The notes beneath the pieces were generated by a model, which did not search any database, had not been told where the DNA came from, and saw only the letters and a list, made by a program, of their open reading frames with translations. From the NCBI GenBank assembly GCA_008690995.1, contig VRMN01000006.1, positions 186,001 to 250,000 of the forward strand: a DNA stretch of 64,000 nt, written 5' to 3'. The DNA comes from Porphyridium purpureum (Eukaryota). Numbering within the stretch: position 1 is the first letter of the stretch; every line of letters starts with the position of its first letter. Both the position numbers and the translations under genes were made by a program. Shown piece after piece: positions 11,091 through 22,019 of the stretch.

Positions 11091-11669
11091 ATGGCTCTGT
11101 TTATTGGATGCGGTGCCGGGCTAGGCCGCGCGGCATTATCGCAAGGAACCCTCCTGCGCCGCGATTTGTGTTCAAATGGTCGTATCCGAACGCGAACCCG
11201 AACGGCGCGCGATCTGCAAATGAACACGCGCACGGAGAGCGTCAAGGCAGCGTTGGTGTCAGCGATTGGCGGGTCGTTTATGCTGGCACCGGCTTCAGTC
11301 GCTGCCGCATATGTGCAGGGCACCGGTCTTTCGCCACAGTGGGAGCTCGGTGTGGATATGGGTGCGCTGAGTCTCGCTCTGTTCGGGATTACGTACCGGT
11401 ATTGTGTGAGTGAGAGCAACGCGAAGAACTCAATGCTGCAGCAAGGCGTGGTGGGTGCTTTTGCAATAACGCGCACTGCTAGCGCGCTGCGCGCTTCACC
11501 GACCTGCGTTCCGATTCCGTTGCAATGCGGGCCGCCGCTTGGCTACTTTGACTATGCCATGTTGTTCGACGGAACGGTCATGCTGACGGAATCGCTGCTT
11601 GCGTTTGGGTTTGCCGCTATATGCTTGGAATTCGCTTTCAGGAAAGGCTGGCTGCTGCGCATGGAGTAG
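11091..11669 (+). CDS. Conserved plastid membrane protein of cyanobacterial/plant type, function unknown
   Basis: Transit-peptide-like MALFIGCG..., followed by TESVKAA, LFGITYRY and GVVGAFAITR motifs recalled from a conserved cyanobacterial/plant green-lineage membrane family; several hydrophobic segments. Confidence 0.7.
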   Translation: MALFIGCGAGLGRAALSQGTLLRRDLCSNGRIRTRTRTARDLQMNTRTESVKAALVSAIGGSFMLAPASVAAAYVQGTGLSPQWELGVDMGALSLALFGITYRYCVSESNAKNSMLQQGVVGAFAITRTASALRASPTCVPIPLQCGPPLGYFDYAMLFDGTVMLTESLLAFGFAAICLEFAFRKGWLLRME

Positions 11670-11745
11670 GCGGTGTCTTCTGCGGAATTCTGCGAGAGCT
11701 TCGAGAGAATGTCGATTGGTGCCGTGGTCGAGGAACATTGTTTAT

Positions 11746-13542
11746 TTACTCATCTGATTCAGATGCACCTTCCATGTCAAAGGTCTCGATGACCATTACG
11801 TCATCGCCATCATTACGGATATCTTGTGCTTCGCCCGTCGCCTTATTGCCTACAATACACTGGCTCTCCCTTGCATTTTCAGTCTGGGATGTGTTAACGT
11901 CTGTTTCCATTTCCCACCAATTTTGCGTGTTCGGGAGCGCGGCGGAATGTCTGCGCCTAAAGCGCTCGACCAATTTCGTGGCTGCTTCACACCCAAACTC
12001 CTCCACGACCAGTTCCGATATTTTATCACATACAGAAGCGCGGAGCTTCTCCCACGATACGGGATCAAAGAACCCGCGCTCGTTTTTAGATTCAAACGCT
12101 TGTGAGTATGTCGCAGCGAAAACTTGCTCTTGCAAACAAGACACCTGATTCAGCACAAAGCTCAAACAGCTGGCATCCTTTGGCAATCTCTCAAGTCGGG
12201 GTCCTCGCACTGCACGATCTTCGAGCGCAGCGGTCACAAAGTCGGTCAAGGATCCGTTCCCAACTGTGTGTGAGCGGTCGCGACAGTCTGGATTGAGCTC
12301 AGTGTACATGGCTTCAGCACATTCAGGACGAATTGTGAGCGCGGCTCGTGCGAGCTCATCCAAATTTTCCACGCGGATCTTCAGGAGCTGATAAACACGA
12401 TACACTTGAGCATCCTTTCTGGGATCGACACCTAGGGGAATGAGCAGCGGCGGCGCGAATGCGCAGCGAGGCTCAAATGTATAAACGCAGAAGCGCAGCA
12501 GCTTTCGCGTCATGTCAACCAGAGACGAATCGCTCGCAAAGTGACTCTCTATCTCTTGTTGCGTCCACAGCTTGGGCTGGGTTCCCAGGAGCGCCTGCAT
12601 GCGAGGCAAATGATCGATCAGCGGCTTTTGCTTTATGCCCACTATCCTGTGGCCTAAAATATCGGTCGGTACCGTCAGGGAGTTGCTCGCCACGACAACA
12701 AAGTCATTTGCACGTTCCCACAGCTTCGTCTGCATGGGACGTAAAACGGATTGCGCGCGCGGGACCTTGAAATCCCGTTCAACGTAGCCCATGCCGCGTC
12801 CAAAACTCAATGCCTCAAGTAAGTCGCTCAGGTCGTCCGAACTTTGAGCGGGCCCATTCACAACATCCATTCCGTATTCTGAGTAGGGAGCAAACGGGGA
12901 ACGCTCGTACATGGCAATCACTTGATCAAATGCTTTGCGCACATATTCGCGCGTGTTCGAGTAGCGACTTGGGTTTTTTGTGAGGTATTGGAAGTCTGCG
13001 AGGTACTTGAGAAATTCAATCGACTGTAGCGCAATGCCCACCACTTGGTAGCCATACACTTTGTCACACGAACACGCTTGCAACTTGAGCAGTGCCACCA
13101 TCCGGTTTGCGGTCGAGCCGTCGTGCCGATAAAGAACTACTTTGGGCGCAGACAGCACCGTTCGCCTCGTTCCAAGCGTGTGTTCGCGTAGTTCATGCTC
13201 ATGACGCTTTTCCCAATCGAGCAACTCTTGCTGCGTTTCGAACTTTGGCACGCGCGGCGGCGCCGCATCGAATGAAAGCCGAAGTGAGGCCGCCTGTCCG
13301 TCCTCATAAGCGCGCAGAAGGGCCTCGTGTCCACCCAGCGCAAGCACGGCGTTCCATGGACGATTCGAATCCTGCAAAACGCCGGGCAAGTGCACTTGAA
13401 GAAGTGGCGGCGCGTCCACGCGCGAAGCAGGTTGTGTAGTTTTGTCCACTCCGCCTCCACCCCTTTTGTTCTGCGCGGTGCTTGACTGGTCTGTACTCGC
13501 CTGTGTCGGGATGGGAACGGGGATGCGGATTCGCATTCGCAT
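11746..13542 (-). CDS. GTF3C5: TFIIIC subunit 5 (Tau95/Tfc1)-like
   Basis: VHLPG..AVLALGG, VVGI..EF...ADFQY, PKLWT and GVDPRKD..YRVYQ motifs typical of Tau95; acidic C-terminus. Start codon uncertain. Confidence 0.7.
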   Translation of the reverse strand: MRMRIRIPVPIPTQASTDQSSTAQNKRGGGGVDKTTQPASRVDAPPLLQVHLPGVLQDSNRPWNAVLALGGHEALLRAYEDGQAASLRLSFDAAPPRVPKFETQQELLDWEKRHEHELREHTLGTRRTVLSAPKVVLYRHDGSTANRMVALLKLQACSCDKVYGYQVVGIALQSIEFLKYLADFQYLTKNPSRYSNTREYVRKAFDQVIAMYERSPFAPYSEYGMDVVNGPAQSSDDLSDLLEALSFGRGMGYVERDFKVPRAQSVLRPMQTKLWERANDFVVVASNSLTVPTDILGHRIVGIKQKPLIDHLPRMQALLGTQPKLWTQQEIESHFASDSSLVDMTRKLLRFCVYTFEPRCAFAPPLLIPLGVDPRKDAQVYRVYQLLKIRVENLDELARAALTIRPECAEAMYTELNPDCRDRSHTVGNGSLTDFVTAALEDRAVRGPRLERLPKDASCLSFVLNQVSCLQEQVFAATYSQAFESKNERGFFDPVSWEKLRASVCDKISELVVEEFGCEAATKLVERFRRRHSAALPNTQNWWEMETDVNTSQTENARESQCIVGNKATGEAQDIRNDGDDVMVIETFDMEGASESDE

Positions 13543-13613
13543 CCTGCAAACGCCGGTTGCATGTACGCGCCGCAAAGCTCTGGGTAGTGCGCTGTGACCA
13601 AGTTTCGTCTCTT

Positions 13614-14897
13614 TTATCGGAACTCGAATTGACCCGAGCTTGTCGAGCACTTGAGGCCTTTAAATGGCTTGTACGCTTCGCCGTAGACGTCGAGCCGCTG
13701 CACGCCCATCCCGGTCAATGACGCAAGCGGGATGTAGAAATCGGCCATGACGCTAGGCTTGCGTTCTGGGCATGGCTGGTTGGGATCCAGGTGGAGCACG
13801 CCAGAGAGCTGCGCGAGACGCCCGCGCGCAAGCGTACCAATGCGCCAGTCACAAAGCCGCGTGGATGGATCGAAGCGCACTGTGCCGACGTCTGCAGAGA
13901 GCACCGCGGTCTGAACCTGGAAGGGAAACGGAATTCGCACGCCGCATTGCTCGGTACCGGAGGAGCCAGCTGCGGAAAATCGTGGGACAAAAGTGATGCG
14001 CACGGAGCCCTCGTGCCGATCGGCATTAAACCGAATGTCAGACTGGATCTCTATCGGTAGCGAGACCTGCGGGTTGCGGACGATGTACCGCATCAGCGTG
14101 CATTTGCCGTCTGGCGGGACAAACGAAAGCACCTTGTCGCGCTCATAACTTGCGTAGCGAACGCACGGGTGCAGACTGCAATCCGAGATCATGAGCGGGT
14201 CTGTGAACACCAGCTTGAGGTCGGGCATTCCAGAAAGGTGCGCGTCGCACACAACGTCAGCGGCCACGCACATGTACAGCGCCCTACCGTCCGGGCCCAC
14301 GATTGCATCCACGCTTTCATTAATGTCGATGAATACTTCATTCTGCGAGTACTTGGCGCCTAGTCTGCGCCAGGGCACAGGTGTCAACGAGCCTCGAGGC
14401 AGCTCGCGTTTCAAGAAGCCCTCCGAAACCACCGCACTGGCCATTTCCGGGCCGACCGTAGTGAGCAGCTTCGACAACATGCTAGGTGGAGGCAGCAGCT
14501 CCATGAGGACGTTGCTCTCAGTCGTCATGGCATATCCGTTGTCCATAATTTCATCGAGCAGCTCGTACACAGTCACGAAATGTTCCTTGATAGCAAACTC
14601 GTTGCACTCACCAAAGTAGATCTGCAACAGCTCGGCAATCCGCTCCAGCATCTGCAACGCCAGCGCGGGCGATGACTCCTGAGCCACGAGCGCCAGAAAC
14701 ACGAGCGCGCCACGATTGACGTGCACCGCAAAGCACGAACCGGCCAGCCGTATCACTGGTGGCACAGCGGAGCCCGCGCCGCTCATCTGTAGAAGATCAC
14801 GGAACTTATCGCACTCAACTCGACGCACATTACCACGGTAGTGCTTCTCGATGAGCACTTCCCGGCTGCCATCCAGAATAAACACCGACTGAATCAT
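13614..14897 (-). CDS. AP3M1: AP-3 adaptor complex mu subunit
   Basis: MIQSVFILD..LIEKHYR, VTVYELLDEIMDNG, VPWRR..KY..NEVFID, LSGMPDL, HPCVR, SFVPPDG and YKPFKGLK motifs. Confidence 0.93.
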   Translation of the reverse strand: MIQSVFILDGSREVLIEKHYRGNVRRVECDKFRDLLQMSGAGSAVPPVIRLAGSCFAVHVNRGALVFLALVAQESSPALALQMLERIAELLQIYFGECNEFAIKEHFVTVYELLDEIMDNGYAMTTESNVLMELLPPPSMLSKLLTTVGPEMASAVVSEGFLKRELPRGSLTPVPWRRLGAKYSQNEVFIDINESVDAIVGPDGRALYMCVAADVVCDAHLSGMPDLKLVFTDPLMISDCSLHPCVRYASYERDKVLSFVPPDGKCTLMRYIVRNPQVSLPIEIQSDIRFNADRHEGSVRITFVPRFSAAGSSGTEQCGVRIPFPFQVQTAVLSADVGTVRFDPSTRLCDWRIGTLARGRLAQLSGVLHLDPNQPCPERKPSVMADFYIPLASLTGMGVQRLDVYGEAYKPFKGLKCSTSSGQFEFR

Positions 14898-15334
14898 GAT
14901 CACACATTCAAGCTCCCGTCAGACAACGGAGTGCCACGTAACGGTCAAATCTCTGCGCTCGCTTCTTCCCAGTACAGAGCGACGTCAGGCTTGGTCCATG
15001 CACAGATTCACAGCACACCAAATACCAGACACGAAACACACAATGTCACGTCGCTGAGGCCCACCGCTTCTTCTCCACCTGTCGCTGTTTGCTCCTTCCT
15101 CGCCCCGCGCAAAACAACCGGAACGGTTCGTCTGCCGGTTTAAACCAATAACCCGTTATGGCACGTTGAAACCATTAAACCATTTGAACCGTTTTGACTA
15201 TGTGCCTCGACATGAGACAGCGATGAGGGTCGCTCGAGCAGTGGAGAGAGTCTCGCTTGCGTTTGGTTGCGGCTTGAACGGGGGCAGCCGGTGCAGGTGA
15301 AGACGCACGCGCGTGTACAAAAGTGCTGCAGCTT

Positions 15335-18300
15335 ATGATGGTTTCTTCTGGAGCGCCCGGAGACGCGCGGCACGCGCCTGCTGAGGCAGATGCCATGCGC
15401 CGTGACTCTGCGCTTGGAGACAGACCGGAGTACACTCGTGGTCACGCCGGACAGGCAGCGGGAGAATTCGGGTATGGGTATGGGTATGGATACACCTCGC
15501 CTTCGGCTCCCGAGCTCGCGAATACAGAGAACTTGCTGCATAATTACTACAACGTGTTTGGCGGCCGCAACATATCAGGCGAGCGTTCGACCGGACAGTC
15601 GAGTTTGCACCGGATTGTGCATGGTGGAAGCAGTACTGTTCATGAGATGCGAAGCACTTTGGCATTGGACGCCGCGACAGATGCAAGCTATAGTCGAGGG
15701 ACCTCTCCTCGCGTGTACAAAAACCAGTTACATAGTCCGTCAAGTCATGATTCAGGCGACGAATCCAGGCATTGGGCTACCTACAAGGACTTAATGGAGC
15801 CCATGAACGCGTCGTCAAGTTATAGGTCCGGTTCAAATAGTCCAGCATCTGGCATGATATCGTGGCGCACGCGGATGATGCGTCTGGGTAGTAACCTTTC
15901 GCTTCCGCAGCTCGCAAGGCGTGGTAGAGATGCTACGGACCCAAAAAACCAGGAAAAAGTTATTGCACTCGGCGGAGGGGACCTGGGAGGCCGAAGCAGG
16001 AAACGCTCGGGGAGCAACGCGATCAATAATCGAAAGCATAACGTGGTAACGTTCCTCCCGCTCGTCCTGCTGGAGCAGTTTCGTATGTTCTACAACCTCT
16101 TTTTTCTGTTCATTGCCTTGTCCCAACTGATTCCAGCGTTGCGCATTGGGCTGCTTTCAACCTATCTGGCCCCGTTGCTCTTTGTGCTCTGTGTCACGCT
16201 GACCAAAGAAGCTGTGGACGAGTACAAGCGCTGGGTGCGCGACCGCGAGGTGAACAACTACGAGTACGATGTTCTTCTTCCGTCGCGAGGGAATGGGCTC
16301 GGGGACGACCGAGACCGTGAGCGCGTGCCAAGCCGGAATCTGAGCGAGGGTGATATCATCGTGATCAATATCAATGAGCGTGTGCCCGCAGATGTGCTTC
16401 TGCTTCGTGCTTTTCCGTCGGACGGCTCTGGCGATGGATTATTCATCCGCACAGACCAGCTGGACGGTGAAACGGACTGGAAGCTGCGCCGCGCCGTGCA
16501 ATATACGCAGAAGCTCGATTCCGACACTGCGCTCTTCCAAGCACAAGCTGAAGTGACAGCCGAAGCACCGCGCCGCGAAATCTATGACTTCATGGGCAAA
16601 TTTATACTGCCAGAAAGGGATGGTTACGCCGAAGCACTCAGTCTTGAAAATACTCTGTGGGCAAACACCGTACTTGCGTCGGGCCATGCCGTTGCAATGG
16701 TAATGTACGTGGGACGGGAAACCCGCACCATGATGAACGCTTCCAGTCCGCGCACCAAAGTGGGCTTATTTGAGCACGAACTCAATTTCTTGTCCAAAGT
16801 TCTCTTTGTTGCGCTGGCCCTCTTTGCATTGACGCTCACCGCCCTGCGCGGATGGTATGGGGATTGGTGGCTCTACCTGTTTCGGTACATGTTGTTGCTT
16901 TCATATATTATCCCAATCTCGCTACGCGTGAATCTTGACATGGCGAAACTTGTATATGCATATATGATCGAACACGACGACAAGATTCCTGGCTGCGTGG
17001 TGCGCTCAACAGACTTCCCAGAAGAGCTCGGCCGCGTCGGCTTCTTGCTTTCGGATAAGACGGGCACTCTCACACAGAACCAAATGGCATTCAAGAAGCT
17101 TCATCTAGGCGCCGTGCTTTTTACGCGTGACAATATTTCCGACATACAGCGTCATGCCGAGCTCATCTTCGGCGCGCGAAGCCCGAACGCCAGTAGCAAG
17201 GGGACGGAGAAGGTATTCGCGCAGGAGCAAGAGATTCGGGCGGCTGCTTCCACGCCAAAGGTGGTGTCTGCAAAGGGAAATCCAAGCCGGGTGTTCAACG
17301 CTGTCCAGGAAGCACTAGTTGCCATTGGTGTGACACATAATGTGACCCCCGTAGAAGAAAATGGTAGTCGGGAGCTGCAGGCAGCGTCTCCTGACGAGGT
17401 TGCACTAATCCAGTTTCTCGAGACGGTCGGGATTGAGCTAGTATCTCGGACAGCGACCACCGTACAACTTGCAGCCGTTGCGCAAGACCGGACGCGTACG
17501 CTGAATGTTCTGTACGAGTTTCCGTTCACTTCGGACGCGAAGCGCATGGGGATAGTTGTGCAAGACGCTGAGAGTGGCACAATTACTTTCTACTGCAAAG
17601 GCGCCGACTCTGTGATGGATCGCATAGTCAAGTATAATGACTGGCTGGAGGAGGAATGCGGCAACCTCGCGCGCGAAGGACTTCGCACGCTCGTGTTCGC
17701 TAAACGCACGCTCTCGCAGGATGAGTTTGACGTCTTTGCTCAGCGCTGGGAGCAGGCACGCCTGCAGACGTTCAATCGCAAGCAGGCGCTAGCGGATGTG
17801 CAACGCACGCTCGAGCGCGACATGCAGTTGATTTGTATCACAGGTGTGGAGGATAAGCTCCAGCCAAATGTGCGTAGTACTCTCGAAAAGTTACGCCACG
17901 CTGGGCTGCGGATCTGGATGCTCACGGGCGATAAGGTGGAGACAGCGACGTGCGTAGCCATTAGCTCTTGCCTGGTAGAGCGCACGCAATCGATGTACAG
18001 CATCGTGGGTGTCACCAATCGCCTTCAAGTATCTACGCAGCTGGCCGAATTTCAGCGCATGCATAATAGCGTTCTTATCGTGGACGGTGTTTCATTACAG
18101 ACCCTCCTTGACCATTTTCCAAGTGAGTTTGTCGCGGCTGCGTCGCAGGCGCCAGCTGCCGTGGCTTCAAGATGCAGCCCTGTGCAAAAGGCGGCCATCG
18201 TAAATTTGCTGAAGAAGCATTCTGGGCTGCAAGTCGCCGCGATTGGCGACGGCGGGAATGACGTAAACATGATTCAGGAAGCGAACGTCGGGATAGGCAT

Positions 18301-19048
18301 TCCGGGCAAGGAAGGCATGCAGGCGTCTTTGGCGGCAGACTTTTCAATTACTTCTTTCGGCCACCTCACGCCGTTGCTCCTTTGGCACGGCCGCAATTCG
18401 TACAAGCGCTCTGCTCGGCTGGCGCTTTTTGTGATGCACCGAGGGCTTATCATCGCGATCATTCAAATGGTGTATTCGGCTATTTTCTTCTACGCAGCTG
18501 TTGCTGTATACCACAGTTGGATTATGGTGGGCTACGCGACCATTTTCACAATGTTTCCGATTTTCTCGCTGGTCATCGACGAGGACGTCTCGTTTGTGAT
18601 TGCAGATACGTACCCAGAGCTGTATCGAGAGCTGCAAAAGGGCCGGTCGCTGAATTTGCGCCAGTTTTTGATCATGGTGTTCAAGAGCGTCTACCAAGGC
18701 ACGGTCATAATGGTCTTTTCAGTTTACATTTTGCGCGACGATACGTACTTCAGTCTTATGAACCTCAGCACGGTCTCATTCTCAGCGCTTATATTCACCG
18801 AACTGCTCATGATTGCCTTTGAGATCAATTCTTGGAAGCTGCTCATGATAGTGGCCGAGGTGTTCAGTATGGTTGCTTACTTACTTGCTATCTTGGTCTT
18901 GTCCGATGTGTTCAACAAGTCGGTAATTTTTACCTGGAATTTCTTCGGCCGCGTGCTGGTGGTGACATTAGTCAGCTGTCTTCCAGTCACACTCGGAAAG
19001 TTCCTGCGGCGCAAGTTTTCCCCACCAGCATATGCAAAACTCACGTGA
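15335..19048 (+). CDS. NEO1: P4-type phospholipid flippase ATPase (Neo1/ATP9 class)
   Basis: RTDQLDGETDWKLR, IPISLRVNLD, DKTGTLT phosphorylation site, TGDKVET and GDGGND motifs, plus C-terminal TMs. Confidence 0.95.
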   Translation: MMVSSGAPGDARHAPAEADAMRRDSALGDRPEYTRGHAGQAAGEFGYGYGYGYTSPSAPELANTENLLHNYYNVFGGRNISGERSTGQSSLHRIVHGGSSTVHEMRSTLALDAATDASYSRGTSPRVYKNQLHSPSSHDSGDESRHWATYKDLMEPMNASSSYRSGSNSPASGMISWRTRMMRLGSNLSLPQLARRGRDATDPKNQEKVIALGGGDLGGRSRKRSGSNAINNRKHNVVTFLPLVLLEQFRMFYNLFFLFIALSQLIPALRIGLLSTYLAPLLFVLCVTLTKEAVDEYKRWVRDREVNNYEYDVLLPSRGNGLGDDRDRERVPSRNLSEGDIIVININERVPADVLLLRAFPSDGSGDGLFIRTDQLDGETDWKLRRAVQYTQKLDSDTALFQAQAEVTAEAPRREIYDFMGKFILPERDGYAEALSLENTLWANTVLASGHAVAMVMYVGRETRTMMNASSPRTKVGLFEHELNFLSKVLFVALALFALTLTALRGWYGDWWLYLFRYMLLLSYIIPISLRVNLDMAKLVYAYMIEHDDKIPGCVVRSTDFPEELGRVGFLLSDKTGTLTQNQMAFKKLHLGAVLFTRDNISDIQRHAELIFGARSPNASSKGTEKVFAQEQEIRAAASTPKVVSAKGNPSRVFNAVQEALVAIGVTHNVTPVEENGSRELQAASPDEVALIQFLETVGIELVSRTATTVQLAAVAQDRTRTLNVLYEFPFTSDAKRMGIVVQDAESGTITFYCKGADSVMDRIVKYNDWLEEECGNLAREGLRTLVFAKRTLSQDEFDVFAQRWEQARLQTFNRKQALADVQRTLERDMQLICITGVEDKLQPNVRSTLEKLRHAGLRIWMLTGDKVETATCVAISSCLVERTQSMYSIVGVTNRLQVSTQLAEFQRMHNSVLIVDGVSLQTLLDHFPSEFVAAASQAPAAVASRCSPVQKAAIVNLLKKHSGLQVAAIGDGGNDVNMIQEANVGIGIPGKEGMQASLAADFSITSFGHLTPLLLWHGRNSYKRSARLALFVMHRGLIIAIIQMVYSAIFFYAAVAVYHSWIMVGYATIFTMFPIFSLVIDEDVSFVIADTYPELYRELQKGRSLNLRQFLIMVFKSVYQGTVIMVFSVYILRDDTYFSLMNLSTVSFSALIFTELLMIAFEINSWKLLMIVAEVFSMVAYLLAILVLSDVFNKSVIFTWNFFGRVLVVTLVSCLPVTLGKFLRRKFSPPAYAKLT

Positions 19049-19226
19049 GTGGTGAAGAGCAACAGAAAAAGTCGCGATCGAGAAATCAGGGATGGGAATG
19101 GATAGTTGACAGTGCCGCTGTTATTGATCCTGCTGATAGTTAAAATCTTCTATACTTTGTCCGACGAATTACGCGACAACGTAAAAGGAGCCCTACTTAG
19201 TTGGATTCTGACACCCGTCTTCTCGG

Positions 19227-22019
19227 TCATTCACCGTCAAAGGTCTCCTTCTCGTCATACTTTGTTCGCGGTTCTTGATCAAAGTCAGTGTATCTACTAT
19301 CGAGGACGTCCTTGTCGATATTCGTGTCGTACAAGAAGTCGTCTTCGCCTCGCACCACGCGCACCGTAACCGGTGGAGGAGGTGGGGGTGTTTCTCTCTG
19401 GACATCCTTGTCGGTTTTCGGTTGCTGCACCTTGCTCGCTGAAGACGTGGATTCCTTCTTGCTACCGGGTGCGCTCTTCGGGGATGCCGATGCTCCTGCT
19501 TTCCCGGAATCGCCAGTTCCGCTGCTGCCGCTGCTGCCAGGCCCTGCAACAACCTCTCCGGACGAAACCAGGCCACTGCTGGGGCTTTTTTCAGTTCCAA
19601 AGATCTTGATCTGCCGCGGCAAGTCTTCTTCTTTCACCTTTGGCGCCTCAGTGGGCCCCGCACCTTGAGAACCAGTTCCTGGTGGCCCCTCACCTGGGGT
19701 CGGCTTATGTTTATCAGGATGTTCGCGGCCGTCGTGCTCCTTTCCGGCCTTATCAAATGGTGCTTTCTCGACAGGTCTGGTGCCAGAAGTCACGGAAGGA
19801 TCGCGCGACAGCAGGGCATCCGCTCCGCTTAAGGAAGGCGGCGATCCAGCAGCAGCAGCAGCAGCAGGACTTGACGGACCGCTGTCGCTCCGAGTGTCCC
19901 TGGACGGCGGAAGTTCATCCATGAAGAACGGATTACCCGTGTAGCTGTACCGCGTCTGCTCTGACGCGAAGCGGGCACCGTTCTTCTTGATGACGTCGTA
20001 CACCATCAACACGACGTCTTGCTGGACGCGGCGAAAGTCAGCCAAGAAGACCGACTTGGTGTAACACGAGAGCCAGATCATGACATACAGGGTATCGACG
20101 GATTCAACGTGACAAATGCGATGGCATCGCGGATCGAGATCGTTGTTTTCTTTCAGGCGCTGAGAGATCTGGTCGCAAATCGTTCCCGACTTGCCCAAGT
20201 CCTCCAGACGCAGCCTGATATCCTGTCGGATGCGCCGATTTGTCATTCGGCTTGGGTTCTCCATCACCATGGTCGAAAATCGCGAGTTCGGAACGTACAC
20301 AGGCCGTTTGTCCCATCGCCGAATACGTGTCTGGTACCATCCAATCTGCTCCACTACGCCATCAATCTGGTCGTTTTCGATCGAGCGTACCCACTCGCCC
20401 TGCACGAATGGGCGCGTTGCAATGACCATCAGCCCGCCAAAGAAGTTTGACATAATCTCACGACCTGCAAAACCGATCGCCACACCACCGATACCACCGA
20501 ACGCCAGCACAGTCTGCACATTCACGCCCATTGTGTCGAAGGAAATCAAAATTGCAATGATGAAGACAATCATCGTGGCGATACGCGACACCACGTCAAC
20601 CTGCGCCTTATCCACACGGGGGTCTCCATCGGTGAAGCGCGCGCGAATTAAATCGATCCACCTCTTCAGAAACCAGGCGGCTGCGAAAATGAAGCCCAGT
20701 TCACGAAGCATGCGGATGTACTTGACGAGACCAGTGGCAACGAGAGGCCGAGACACGACTTCGGCAAGCGAGGTTCCCACGATATAAACCGCCAAAAACT
20801 CGAGCGGCCTCTGCATGCATGAAATTACCGACCGCTCATATGGTAGCGCATTTCGATTGGGGTCGAATTTGCGGTGCAACCACTTTAGCGTGGTCGCAAC
20901 GCCCTGACGCAATAGAAGAACCAAACTGACAAAAAAGACGGCTTCCCAAGTCAGCTTTGCGACCTGCGGTCCTGTTGGAAGCGGGATGCCCGCGCTGGGA
21001 ATTACCTGAATGGCCCGCTTCACAGTCTGAATGACACGGGTCTTCTCAACGCGCGACCGCACGAGCATGCCCCGCAACGCTTCAGCCGCACGTGACATAC
21101 GTTCACTCTCCTGTGACTGGAGCTGGTTTGATCCGCGTGCACTCAAGTTTCCGCCCGCGTCCGACTGGGCCCTTTGTTGCGCTCCAGGGCCGTCTTCAGA
21201 TTTTGAATTTCGGCTGGACGCTTGAGATGCAGCTTCCATCTTTGACTGACTGGTACCATGCTGCTGTCCTTCTCCGGATTGTCCTTGTGTCGACTTTCCA
21301 TTTGCACCGTTTGCACTACTCGCACTAATGCCAGCTCCATTCGGAACCGCATTGCCAGATGACTGCAAGTCACTCTGCTTTTTCGCCTGGCGCTGTTCCT
21401 GAGACTGTTGTTGTTGTTGTTGTTGTTGCTGCTGCTGCTGCTGCTGCTGAGATGCTTGCCTTTTCCCGTTACTTCCTGTCCCGTTTTCCCTCGTGATTTT
21501 TGTGACATCTATGCTTGACACATGAATACTGTGTTCTTCAGCTTCCAGAGAGTCCAACGGAAGCGTCGTCTGACCAACTACTGGATTCACGCCCATCGTG
21601 CCCGCCGCTGACCTCACATTGAACTGCTCCTCACTGATAGCATTGCCACAAAGAGCCACGGGAGTCACAGACACAACATGCCACTCGTCGCTGTGTCCAT
21701 CGGAACTTGCGATGGCATTCGCAGCAAACACGCCAGACGTAGCAGCGGAAACGCGGCGCTGTTTTATCCTTAACAGAACTCTTTTCTCCTTCACAGCCAG
21801 AGCCTCACGCTGCTCGTCAACCTGTTGACGCTCGGAATGTGCGGCCAGGTTCTGACCGCGTCTCGACCTGTTCGCGAATGAGCAGCATCTCACTGCATGC
21901 GCGCAGGAGCTTGGTACGTCACTTCTTCGCAAACGGAGCCACTTCCACGGCGATGCACAGACGAACGCCGCGCTCACACCACTGTGACGCGTCAGCCGAG
22001 CGTTTTGTTGCGCGAACAT
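19227..22019 (-). CDS. MscS-family mechanosensitive channel (MSL1-like) with long low-complexity extensions
   Basis: LAFGGIGGVAIGFAGREIMSNFFGG, RPFVQGEW, GVVEQIGWYQTRIR, YVPNSRFS and ENPSRM. Start placed at MFAQQ; the ORF is open from 22112. Confidence 0.9.
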   Translation of the reverse strand: MFAQQNARLTRHSGVSAAFVCASPWKWLRLRRSDVPSSCAHAVRCCSFANRSRRGQNLAAHSERQQVDEQREALAVKEKRVLLRIKQRRVSAATSGVFAANAIASSDGHSDEWHVVSVTPVALCGNAISEEQFNVRSAAGTMGVNPVVGQTTLPLDSLEAEEHSIHVSSIDVTKITRENGTGSNGKRQASQQQQQQQQQQQQQQQSQEQRQAKKQSDLQSSGNAVPNGAGISASSANGANGKSTQGQSGEGQQHGTSQSKMEAASQASSRNSKSEDGPGAQQRAQSDAGGNLSARGSNQLQSQESERMSRAAEALRGMLVRSRVEKTRVIQTVKRAIQVIPSAGIPLPTGPQVAKLTWEAVFFVSLVLLLRQGVATTLKWLHRKFDPNRNALPYERSVISCMQRPLEFLAVYIVGTSLAEVVSRPLVATGLVKYIRMLRELGFIFAAAWFLKRWIDLIRARFTDGDPRVDKAQVDVVSRIATMIVFIIAILISFDTMGVNVQTVLAFGGIGGVAIGFAGREIMSNFFGGLMVIATRPFVQGEWVRSIENDQIDGVVEQIGWYQTRIRRWDKRPVYVPNSRFSTMVMENPSRMTNRRIRQDIRLRLEDLGKSGTICDQISQRLKENNDLDPRCHRICHVESVDTLYVMIWLSCYTKSVFLADFRRVQQDVVLMVYDVIKKNGARFASEQTRYSYTGNPFFMDELPPSRDTRSDSGPSSPAAAAAAGSPPSLSGADALLSRDPSVTSGTRPVEKAPFDKAGKEHDGREHPDKHKPTPGEGPPGTGSQGAGPTEAPKVKEEDLPRQIKIFGTEKSPSSGLVSSGEVVAGPGSSGSSGTGDSGKAGASASPKSAPGSKKESTSSASKVQQPKTDKDVQRETPPPPPPVTVRVVRGEDDFLYDTNIDKDVLDSRYTDFDQEPRTKYDEKETFDGE
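21405..21449 (-). repeat. (CAG)n(CAA)n tract encoding poly-Gln in MscS
   Basis: ctg/ttg runs on the plus strand; 15 consecutive Q in the translation. Confidence 0.95.
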
